Of a stretch of DNA of 64,000 nt, positions 1 to 11,593 are shown piece by piece (within the stretch, counting starts at the first letter, position 1; each line of letters begins with the position of its first letter). The DNA lies in assembly GCA_002104905.1 (NCBI GenBank), contig MCFE01000055.1, forward strand, positions 131,569-195,568. Direction: 5' to 3'. The notes beneath the pieces are model-generated. The model saw only the letters and a list, made by a program, of their open reading frames with translations. It did not search any database and was not told where the DNA came from. The position numbers and the translations under genes were made by a program. Source of the stretch: Basidiobolus meristosporus CBS 931.73. Taxonomy: Eukaryota > Fungi > Basidiobolomycota.

Positions 1-2
1 TA

Positions 3-290
3 TTGATTGCATTCAGTATTGCTTTCTTCAATTGGTTCGGATTATCAGTTACACGTACGATCAGTGCGACTTCGAGATCAACAATTGATACCTGCCGTAC
101 CCTATTCATCTGGATGGCCAGTCTCTCTTTAGGATGGGAACAGTTCAGATGGCTTCAGGTCCTTGGGTTTGTCGTTTTAATTTACGGGACTTTCTTGTTC
201 AATGGCGTCGTCTCCCCACCCTTCTGCAAAGTAGATCCTTTGGAAGCTAGTGTTCCACCTCGACCTTCAGCTACGCAAGATGAAGTCTAA
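3..290 (+). CDS. 3' end of an SLC35F6-like nucleotide-sugar/drug-metabolite transporter family membrane protein (truncated by window start)
   Basis: ORF reads SIAFFNWFGLSVTRTISATSRSTIDTCRTLFIW...LQVLGFVVLIYGTFLFN, the typical C-terminal helices of SLC35F6-like proteins; stop at 288-290. Confidence 0.8.
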   Translation: MIAFSIAFFNWFGLSVTRTISATSRSTIDTCRTLFIWMASLSLGWEQFRWLQVLGFVVLIYGTFLFNGVVSPPFCKVDPLEASVPPRPSATQDEV

Positions 291-701
291 GTGACTCGTT
301 TTTAGCTCCTCGAGCCCTTGATTTAGGATCCTTACTACCTGGATAATGTTTCCATTCATTGTAGTTCTCTCTTTGTATATTAAAACTTTTCTAAATAAAA
401 TGAAGAAATTGTGCCAAGCAGATGCGTATTTTCAAATTGTAATTGATTGTGTCGACCATACGATGCCATGATCATAGGCGAAGGCAACGAACTTGGCCAT
501 ATATTTATCACCGTAGTCTTTTGTTTGTATTGCAATAAACATTCGGGATTTTACCAATCAAGTTTGACCAAGATTAGCTATTATTGAGCGAAAAAAGTGG
601 CTAAGCAGCCAGTCCGACGTTTAATTTTTATTTACGTAACTAAAATCATAGTACTTGCTAGATAGTCACACTGCCCATTACCTTTAAATATTTACATCAG
701 T

Positions 702-1365
702 ATGTTAGGCACTGGTCAAGAATCTAGCAACACTCAATCCCGTCCAAAGATTGAAGCCACTTCCAAATTCACACTACACTCAGTCAACGAGCAAAATCTC
801 GCGAAATTACGTAGACTCAATAGTGTTCTATTCCCTATAAAATATAGTGAGCGTTTTTATCAAGTCGTCCAGGAAGCTGGAGAGATGGCAAAGCTAGGTA
901 TGTAAAATATTATCCGCAATAAGGGCCAGGTCCAAAAAATCCAGCTAAAACCCTCTTGAACAAAAGCCTACTTCAAGGATACTTGTGTTGGCACTGTATG
1001 CTGTCGTCGAGAACACGTGTCTGACTCTCCAGAACAAACAGAGCTGTACTTGATGACGCTCGGGGTGCTGTCGCCCTATAGACGGTGCGGTTTAGGTATT
1101 CCAATGGCTTGAAAAACCAACCGAGCTTCCGGTTACGGAATTTCTCTATTATATAGGAGCGATGCTTCTTCAACACATATTCACCGAATGCGCAAAAGAA
1201 AAGAACATAGTCAAGGTGTATCTTCATACCCAGTCAGGTAATCAAGAAGCTTTGAAGTTTTACGAGAAGTTTGGGTTTATCAAATCGCATGAGATTGAAC
1301 ATTACTACCGACATATCCAAGATTCGAATGCATATGTACTGTACAAAGATTTAGTCCCCAAATAA
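702..1365 (+). CDS. NAA50: N-alpha-acetyltransferase 50 (NatE catalytic subunit, GNAT)
   Basis: Three exons (702-897, 967-1095, 1157-1365) joined at GT-AG sites give LRRLNSVLFPIKYSERFY...AYFKDTCVGTVCCR...LYLMTLGVLSPYRRCGLGAMLL...YLHTQSGNQEALKFYEKFGF, matching NAA50 motifs. Confidence 0.88.
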
Positions 1366-2082
1366 GTTAATCGTATTATTAATAGTCCTCCAAGAAATAA
1401 ATCAGCCCAAGTGCTGGTTATATACAAGATGTTCGTTTTGTAATCTGCAAACCTGGCCTGACTGGAATGGCACCATTTGTCCACCATATTGTGAAAGGGT
1501 ATTTCTCCAAAAAGGTGGCATTGGCGGGTCACCATATTGGGAAACTTACCAAAAACATCCCCACAGCTACAAACCAGATTGTGCAACCTATGTAATGAAG
1601 CATGAGAATTTGCACTGTAAATGTTAAGGGCAAAAAAAAAATCGGCCGTGAGAAAATAGGAAATTCAACTTCCTAATCAAGCACGTATGATTTGTCAAAA
1701 AGTAACTGCGTCCTTGATTGAAGCAACATTCTACATACATCGCTGCGACTCTCACGCTGACGTATATTTATATTGGAGTACAATTGTAATCGACGCATAG
1801 TCTCTCCACAGGACTTCTTGTTTGCAATCAGTATAGTGTAATGAAGTCATATATATTTACTGTATATATGATTTAATTTCCACGTTTATGCACTAATATT
1901 CTAAATAGGTGCCATATGGATATGATATCCCCACCCAACCGCTACCTCTGCCCATTGGGTCGTGCCATGGAGAGGTCCAATTGTCCAGTGTACATTTAAA
2001 TACTCGTGTTCGCTTTTTACCTAACCTAACCTCTCTCTATCTTCTTAATCATCGTTTCTTTGAGGCCTTCTCCCCCTGCACA

Positions 2083-3546
2083 ATGACTGTTTCAAACGAA
2101 CTCCGTATTCTTGACAGTATTCTCGAGAATATTGGTAACACTCCTCTTGTACGTATTAATAAGATTGCTGAGGCTGAGGGACTGGAATGCGAACTCTTGG
2201 CTAAATGCGAGTACTTTAATGCCGGTGGCTCAGTGAAGGATCGTATTGGTAGACGTATGGTCGAGGAGGCTGAAAAAGCTGGTATACTCAAGCCAGGCTA
2301 TACAATCATTGAGCCCACTTCTGGTAATACCGGAATCGGTCTTGCTCTTGCTGGTGCTGTCAAGGGATACAGAGTTATCATCACTCTTCCAGAGAAAATG
2401 TCACAAGAAAAGGTAGATGTCCTAAAGGCTCTGGGTGCTGAGATTATTCGTACTCCAACTGAAGCAGCTTGGGATGCTCCCGAATCCCATATTGGTGTTG
2501 CCAGACGCCTCAACAAAGAAATTCCCAACAGTGTAATTTTGGATCAATACGTCAATATCAACAATCCTATGGCCCATTACGAAGGTACTGCCGAAGAAAT
2601 CCTCCGTGCATGCGATGGACAAGTAGATATGATCGTTGCTGGTGCTGGTACCGGTGGTACCATCACTGGTATTGCAAAGAAAATCAAGGAAAGATGCCCT
2701 AATGTTGAGATTGTTGGTGTGGATCCCTTTGGTTCAATTCTTGCCCTTCCCGAATCTCTGAATGAAACTGATATTACCAGCTACAAGGTTGAAGGAATTG
2801 GATACGATTTCATTCCTGATGTCCTTCAGCGTCAATATATCGACACATGGGTTAAGAGCAATGACAAAGATTCCTTTATTATGTCTAGACGTCTTATCAG
2901 GGAGGAGGGACTCTTGTGTGGCGGATCATCCGGTACTGCTATGGCTGCGGCAGTTAAGGCAGCCAAAAAACTCAAGGCAGGTCAACGTTGTGTTGTTATC
3001 TTGCCAGATTCCGTACGTAATTACATGAGCAAGTTCTTGAATGACGATTGGATGAAAGAGAATGGCTTCTCCGACTCCGTCAGCCAAAAGGAAGAACAAC
3101 AGCAAACTCAAAAGTGGGGTGGTGCTACCATCAAAGACCTTAACCTTCCTGCAGCAATTACCGTGCAGCCCAAAACGTCTTGCCGTGAAGCGTTGAGTAT
3201 AATGGAGAAAAACAGCTTCGATCAACTCCCAGTAGTTTCCGAAACTCACAGAGTCATTGGTTTGGTAACTATGGGCAATATCTTGTCGAAAGTTAGCTCT
3301 GGAAAGATCACCGGTGATACTCCAGTTAATCAAGTGATGTTCAAGTTCACTACTGTTGGAAAGGACTTCTTTGAGATTTCAGTTAACACTCCATTGGCAG
3401 ACATGTCCCGTTTCTTTGAAACCAACTCATCGGCGATTGTCACAGAGCGTGCGGTCAATGTTGAAAAGGTATCTACTGCCGAGCTGAAGGTGCTTCATGT
3501 GGTCACCAAGGTGGATTTGTTATCTTGGTTAATGAAGCAATTGTAA
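2083..3546 (+). CDS. CYS4: Cystathionine beta-synthase with C-terminal CBS domains, intronless
   Basis: GNTPLV, PLP-lysine motif AKCEYFNAGGSVKDR, EPTSGNTGIG, GAGTGGT, YKVEGIGYDF, EEGLLCGGSSG and a CBS pair (FDQLPVV). ATG at 2083 follows a CT-rich leader; the longer ORF start at 1909 is not used. Confidence 0.95.
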   Translation: MTVSNELRILDSILENIGNTPLVRINKIAEAEGLECELLAKCEYFNAGGSVKDRIGRRMVEEAEKAGILKPGYTIIEPTSGNTGIGLALAGAVKGYRVIITLPEKMSQEKVDVLKALGAEIIRTPTEAAWDAPESHIGVARRLNKEIPNSVILDQYVNINNPMAHYEGTAEEILRACDGQVDMIVAGAGTGGTITGIAKKIKERCPNVEIVGVDPFGSILALPESLNETDITSYKVEGIGYDFIPDVLQRQYIDTWVKSNDKDSFIMSRRLIREEGLLCGGSSGTAMAAAVKAAKKLKAGQRCVVILPDSVRNYMSKFLNDDWMKENGFSDSVSQKEEQQQTQKWGGATIKDLNLPAAITVQPKTSCREALSIMEKNSFDQLPVVSETHRVIGLVTMGNILSKVSSGKITGDTPVNQVMFKFTTVGKDFFEISVNTPLADMSRFFETNSSAIVTERAVNVEKVSTAELKVLHVVTKVDLLSWLMKQL

Positions 3547-4014
3547 ATGTTTTCTATTTCATACCTTAATTGAATTTTTTACATAAATACCTTTTGATAA
3601 ACCAAATATGCTCCGTAATCAACCGGCTAATACTTTCCCCTAATGTTATCGTATGTGGGTTGGCAGAATAAGGTTGATCGAGAATCCCACGATGTCAGGT
3701 TCACGAAAGTAAATCTAGATCTGAAACAATGCCCAAGTGAGCACTTCTCGCTAGCAAAACCCCAGTTAAAGGTATGTAGACGCATGCTGCTGAAAAACCC
3801 AGATAGCGCATTATAGATTTCATTTACCACAATATCAGTGCATGGAAACCCCAAGTAGACATCTGAAACTATTACCCCTAGGCCGTCTAATATATTAGAG
3901 GTGCTGCTGGTTTAATGAGCTTAACCATCCAGCTGGTTTTCCGCTAATTACTTTATTCGCCTGAAGGTTTAGGCTCTTGGAACAATATTTACGTGAATAT
4001 TTCTAAAGTGCCAA

Positions 4015-4832
4015 ATGTCAAGATTAACGACTACGGAAATTGCGGCTGTGGACACCTTGAGCTCCTTCACTGTTGATTTGGAGAGTATGTCTGTTCAAAA
4101 ATCGGATGTACCACGAACGTTTAGAGGAAAGATTGTCCAGATAATGGAATCACCGATATTTCATTATGTAGTCATAACCTTAGTACTCGTTGACCTAGTC
4201 ACTATCTTGATTGAGCTGGTACTGAGTACGTAAGACAATCCTCGAGCATACCTTCACAAATTGACATTTTCACTTTAACTCGTATTACTTTCATTTGCAG
4301 GTTTATACGAGTCCGAAGGTATACTTCGCAACAGGCATGTGCTGAACGTAGGAAAACAAACTTTGTTCGCAATAGGCATCTCGATTTTAAGCATGTTCAT
4401 GTTAGAGATCGTATTGAAGCTCCTCTTTATGGGAATCCGTCACTTTCTAAATTTTTGGCAGATGCTGGATTTAATAGTAGTGAGCGCTTCCTTCATCCTT
4501 GAAATCTATTTCCATACAATACGGTCAACTTCCAACCGAGCTGCTAGCGGTGTAATTATCCTTTTCCGGTTCTGGAAGATTCTTCGGGTTATCCATGCAG
4601 TGGCCCATTCAGTCGAAATCAAAGTGAGTATGAGGTGGCGGAGGAAGTATGTGATGCTCATTCATTCATTTTTTGCCTATAGAATCTTCGAATCATCACC
4701 GCTGTCAATCTCGAGAAAGTTCGGATGGAAAAACGGATCCATATTTATAAGAGCAAGTACAAAGACCTACAGAGAGCATATAATCAATTGCGAGTCGAAT
4801 TAGACGCTTCACAATCATCGCATAAGGAGTAA
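4015..4832 (+). CDS. HVCN1: Voltage-gated proton channel Hv1
   Basis: Exons 4015-4225, 4301-4623, 4683-4832. S1 VLVDLVTILIEL (selectivity Asp), S2 FMLEIVLK, S3 MLDLIVV, S4 FRFWKILRVIH, then a coiled-coil-like C-terminus and no pore domain. Confidence 0.85.
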
Positions 4833-6445
4833 TATCCACTTGAGCATCTATACTGTAGAATAAATTAAACTCAGTTGCGCATTTTATTCAAGTCCCTTGA
4901 ATCAGAATAGTGCAGTTTTATGGATACCCACTTAGTAGTAGATGCGGCAGTGAGCTTGGTCTTTGAAATGCTGGTTAAGGCACAGCCCTTAGAATCCATA
5001 AGAGATCTTTTGCAACCACTGGATCCAAACTGGCATATGCCTGGAACAGAAATGTGGAAGGGGCATACAGAGTATAGATCTACTTTACTGCTGGGGGCGC
5101 TGAAAACTAAGAAGCTGTAGTGGCATACTTAACAGAGGCCTCGATGACCTGTTCTCAATAGTGTTGGCTTTCGATTAAAGGCGACTATTATAGATATTAA
5201 ACTTCGTCCATAGCTATTCACTAGTTTGAATCGTGATTACTATATCATTAGAAAATTAGCTATAGGCTTCAAAATACTTTTGAGTGATGCCCAAAAGACA
5301 CAAGGTTGCCCAGACAATCCAAGCTTCGCACATCTTTCTAAAATCTTCCACGACGATAACTTTTTCACTCGTAATAGCACTCGTAATTCAATTCACTTGG
5401 CCCCATTCTACCCGTAATAATCAGGTTGCCCATCTTAGAAATAAGGAACCTTATACAAATTTTTTGGCATTTCTGATGGTGCCAATTTTTTGAGCCACAT
5501 TCACTACCGCTGCAATGTGCTAGCAAACTATTCCATCTGTATCTCATTCCGGATTATGAAATTTACGCACACAACCTGGAGCTTAGAAATATATAAAGTG
5601 CTTTAATTCATACCATGGTGTGGTAGATATATGAGTGGGTGTGAGAAAAATATGCACAAGGATTGGTGTATTTTTTAATCTCCACAATTAATTCCAACCT
5701 GAGAAAGTATACAATGAGCTATATGGTAAAACAAGTGTGATGCTAAAAAGTCACAGCCAAGGGTGTTGTAACAAGTATCATATATTAGTAGTGGCTTATT
5801 GAAGATATTCACGTAAAACTATACAAATATTTCCAAGGCTTCCTATTACTCCATACTGTCAGTATTCGAAACAACAGTCAACTTGGTACTTGTCATGGTC
5901 TCTTTAGGTATTTGCAATATATCCGGTTGGCCTTGAGCCCTTATGCTTGATCATTGATTATTTCAGTTAAAGGAAACCAATACGGGGGTTCATTCAATGC
6001 TTTTTGTTTTCCAGAAATTTGCTCAGTCTTTCCTCTCATTACATGTTGATTTATAATGTTGGCGAGACATCACCAAGCATTGATGAACCTGTCTCATACT
6101 CGCCCAGATTGCGCGCTTACACCTCTAGCAACAATCAAAACGCTGAAAACGAAACAATAACTCAGAGAACCCAAAAATGAAGTGGTATGATTTTACGATG
6201 AAATCTAATGTGCTACTCTTTCCCTAAACCAGGTTCTGGCAAGGAACATCCGCAATATGGCTTATAAACAACTCCAAGCACCTGAATCCTGACATGTTTA
6301 AGAATTCACAAGTGAACATCATGAAAGCAAGAATTTTGGAACCATGTGTTACTGGGATGAACGAATTGCATTAGCCAATTTCGTCGGGTTTATTTCGATA
6401 TACTTGTGACTATCCATTGAATCGATCAAGTGCCATAGGCCAGGC

Positions 6446-6592
6446 TCACATACTCATGCATTCATAGTTGTTTTGTTTGGCAACCATGCACATTTTTGGT
6501 GCGCGACAGTTTTGTTCACATTGTGCCTTAGTAAGAGCGCTTACACTGACAGCGGCAAGAGTAACAAGAGTCAAGACGAGAGTGAAACGCAT
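6446..6592 (-). CDS. Small secreted cysteine-containing peptide, 48 aa (below the ORF-track cutoff)
   Basis: Minus strand reads MRFTLVLTLVTLAAVSVSA-LTKAQCEQNCRAPKMCMVAKQNNYECMSM*. Signal-peptide-like N-terminus, 4 Cys, and a TATAAA about 85 nt upstream. A possible intron (6453-6352) could extend it to 6224. Confidence 0.65.
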   Translation of the reverse strand: MRFTLVLTLVTLAAVSVSALTKAQCEQNCRAPKMCMVAKQNNYECMSM

Positions 6593-6674
6593 TCTGAAGA
6601 CGATTGGAGCTTGCTAGGGTAAGGCTGAGAGAGGTAGCTGCTTGATAATGCTCTAATGTGTTAACTGTGATGAA

Positions 6675-6680
6675 TTTATA
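6675..6680 (-). promoter_or_regulatory. Candidate TATA box for the small secreted peptide gene
   Basis: Plus-strand TTTATA reads TATAAA on the minus strand, upstream of the ATG at 6592 and followed by a CT-rich leader. Confidence 0.4.
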
Positions 6681-8143
6681 GAGACTAGAAAACCCCTGAA
6701 TGCATTTTTGAGTGTGTTGCTTGTGGTAGCTGCGTATCTACATGCACACCTGATTCTCTGAGCTGGATAATATAAGACTATCCTATGATTGATACATACA
6801 AGACTTATCAAGTCCTATTTACATTGTCTACGATATAATAGTCATCTTGGATGCCTCAGAATATGCTGTCTATAGCCTATGCTTCGATCTCGGCTTTAAG
6901 ATGGCGTCAGATGGTCTCATTTTGGGTATCATAAATCAGGGGCCATATAAGAACAGCCAGCCCTGCATGGTATGGTAGATTTTTACTAAGATGACCAGGA
7001 ATTCTAGACAACGATTCTCAGGCTTGAGAATAGGCAAGCTATGGTTGTTGTATCACAGTTATTTGGGGGGAAGCATCGTAACCTTACGAATCCTAGCTCC
7101 TTCCCTCTTGCCCCCTGATCCCCATATTATTATGATACATTGATCACATCTAGGCAGAATCACTAGCCATGTAGCCAACGATGATTGGTAATGAATGCTC
7201 TGCATTGTTTGGAAGTGCCATCGGTATAATACATAGATACTTCTTTAATGCAGGTACCCACCCCTTCACCGATCTCCCAACATCGCAATCTTGTGTATCA
7301 CTTATACGTGGCATTTTATATGACCTGAGACTTGCACTCTGGATCAGTCAGTGATAGGTGCTTTTACCTATCGAACAATGGAGGAAAAATAGAGACCAAC
7401 TGATCCGGCTGCTCATTATATCTGCTTAGCCCTGAAGTTGTTATATCGGCCTGAGGATACAGCTACATTTGTCCAAGTCAAAACGGGCTCGCCAAAGCAG
7501 CAGGAACATGGTCGATATAAAGGTCATAATCAACCATATGGTACTGGGCTAATGCGTGGGTGCTTCACACACAAGAGTTTTACCTGCTCCATGTCGAGTC
7601 TACGGCTAGGATATAAACATGATGTCGCCTCCAGGGAAAACAAGGTATTCTAGTCCAAAATCACAGACTGTGTAAGGTTAGCCAGAGTAAGTGTCATCAC
7701 AATGCTGGTTCAATAAATATTCCACCATTACGAATGATGCCACAATTATTGGTGATCCACAGTTAGCCGCTTAGTCAGGTGGAGATTCTTTTCAAATTGG
7801 ATAATTCACCCATAGCCTGCAAATGATGGCTGTTACACTTATGGTAATAGTTTCCTCAATATCGTGCTGATCAATGGATTGGACAAATCATGCTGGCGAT
7901 TTTTTGTTGGATGAAGCACTCCTCTCCTGGTGATGTAATTATGGATCGTGACACTCCAGCATATATTCCAAGTTGGTAGCGTTTTTTTTCAACATCAATA
8001 GGTTATGAACGGCCATGATTGGCTAAAATTAGCCAGATTCGTATTTTTTCTGAGGATGCATTGTGAAATCAATTCAAGGTATATAAGTGTTCAGATGGCC
8101 TCTTCTCCAACACACCTTTTTCTGAAGTCTAAGCCTTTTCGTC

Positions 8144-9490
<1,347 letters not shown>

Positions 9491-9779
9491 GCTGAATTTC
9501 ATTTCACGGATCCACTATTTATATCGCATCAATAAAGTATACTTGTTAAAAAGGGAGATTTGAATGCAGTTGTGGTTAGCAGTGTGACTTTTTGTTTTGC
9601 ATAAACCTGATATACGTGGTTGACTTCAACAATGGCTCGTCTTGCATTAGCTACGAGTACCATCTGATCGCATTTCTACGATTTTGTAATCAAAAACTTG
9701 ATTTGAACTAGAGGCGTAGTTGGGAAGACGAATCCGCGCTGAATATACTGCCGGTTTATTAATTCAACCTTCTGAGAAA

Positions 9780-11044
9780 TCAATTACGCTTGATCTTGAT
9801 CAGCTGTAGAATTCTCAGTGTGAACCTGAAGAGGGATTCTTTGGCCATAAACAAGAAAGCAGCAGTTAGGACACTCTGAACCAACTTGTAACATAATCCC
9901 TTATAGAGTCCCGCAACGCCTTCATGCTTCAGTACTTTTCTGAAACCGTCTAATACAGATCTATATCTCTGATTTTCATCGCTTGATTGCTTCAGTTGCA
10001 TGCGTGATTTGATCACGATGTAGGGGTAGGTGAGACTTGTAGCTATTAGTTTACTGAAAGCCCCAAGGAGGAAGAAATCCAAGTTACCCAGAACACCGTT
10101 ATGCATCATTAGCCAATTTTTGGCCTGCTCAAATATTGTGTACTGGATCACTGGATTAATCACCAGATAAAGAGCCGGAATGAGACCCTGCCACAAAGAA
10201 AAGATGCCATCCTCCTTAACAATGTGAGCCAACGTATCAATGGCTCCCATCCGGTGAGTCTCACCTTCCTCATTGGTGAACGTTTTCTTGGTTATCAACC
10301 GTGTCTGTCGAAAGCCGGTCAGCGCCCAGTACATGTTACTAGGAGGCAAATCAACTTACATTCACCACCCATATGGGATTAGTAGTGATACAGGTGGCAG
10401 CGCCTAAGGTGAAGATGCGTTAATAGATCGGCTGGCGCTCCCAATGTACGTCAGCTCTATTACCAGCAAGTGCGCCTGCAATCATACTCTGTCCAGTGGT
10501 CAAGGTGCTGCCCTTAGTAGTCTTCTCGAATCCCGACTTGGTCCATTCATAAAAGAAATAATATATCCCTAATCACAGGGTTGTTAGTTCAATGCGCGGC
10601 ATAACTAGATTTAAAGAATATGCACCATTGGTCAGAGCAATACCAAAAAGAGCAGAGTTCAAACCACTAGATGAACCTCGTCAATCAGCCGCTCAACAAG
10701 ATTAATCAAACTACAATTGGTGGATAGTGAAACTTACGAGTAAAACCCCGCGACTCCCTCGTTCTTCGCAATTTTTTCAAAGGCATCAACGCCATCCTAC
10801 GTTGCAGGTTTATTTCGATCCTTGCAATCTAGTGTCGAAACCAAAGATATACCTTATACGAATCTGGACTGGTGGTATCCTTCTCTACTTGTAGCCTCGA
10901 GCTAATGCTGACTAAAGGGTAGGTAAGCAGCATCGAGATGATGCCGCCGCCAGCACCTATGGACAAATTGTTACCTCATGATTGACTAGCACATCATACT
11001 ATCCCATGCTAACCGGCTAAAGCGTGAACGATGTTGTCCGGCAT
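9780..11044 (-). CDS. Peroxisomal cofactor/adenine nucleotide carrier (PMP47/SLC25A17-like)
   Basis: First exons read MPDNIVHALAGAGGGIISMLLTYPLVSISSRLQ; the last exon has carrier signatures LYLVINPVIQYTIFEQ and TYPYIVIKSRMQ...GLYKGL..KLVQSVLTAAFLF. Confidence 0.85.
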
Positions 11045-11593
11045 GTTGAAAATATATTGCTTTTACAACAGAAATCCATAGAATGGGCATGTCCTTTTAT
11101 ATAAGCAGTTGGATGCAGTCGTAAATGCTATGACATAAAATCCCTGGAGTGTTCCAATGTCCCTAACTCATCATTTATCGTGCGAAATCAGGGTATTGTA
11201 AGTAGCTACCTTCTATGTCCCCTAATCCCTTCGAGAAAAGACAGGTTGCTGAGTATTGCTCATTATTGTCACTCTCTTTGTCTGGGCATGTAAATACCAG
11301 ATCATCGGTGTCAGCGGTCGGTTGGCTCGTGCAGGCTCAACTGTGTCAGCATATGTGCTTGTATCCAACTATCTGAATTGGTCAGTTGATACCATTCAAT
11401 CCCGTCGAACTTCTGTTCACAGCCACGTGGGTCAATCTAAATAGAAAGTACAAACGCCAATTGCTGCCGTTTCATAGTTGCAGGGAGAGTTATGGAGTCA
11501 CTGCATATGCATAAAATTTATTCGATCCTCTCGGAATAATGGATATTCCAAGGCGCGGGATTTGCTATTGTTCTCAACTATACTAGTGATCGT

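Noticed and set aside
1470-1545. Short direct repeat caccatattg(t/g)gaaa downstream of NAA50
   Set aside because: Only two copies of about 15 nt and no further structure; not a CRISPR or recognisable element.
1909-2082. 58-codon in-frame extension upstream of the CBS ATG
   Set aside because: It starts at a non-ATG codon, is pyrimidine-rich like a 5' UTR, and has no heme-binding Cys/His motif. Heme-less CBS is normal in fungi.
5540-5830. Faint resemblance to the copia LTR (TGTTGTAA, gatattcacgtaa)
   Set aside because: Matches are too short in AT-rich DNA, with no TSD and no colinear alignment I can defend.
7438-7850. Tc1/mariner-like hints (GTGLMRGCFT; FKLDNSPIA)
   Set aside because: Two weak motifs only, no WPxxSPDLNPIE and no terminal inverted repeats; would need a profile search.
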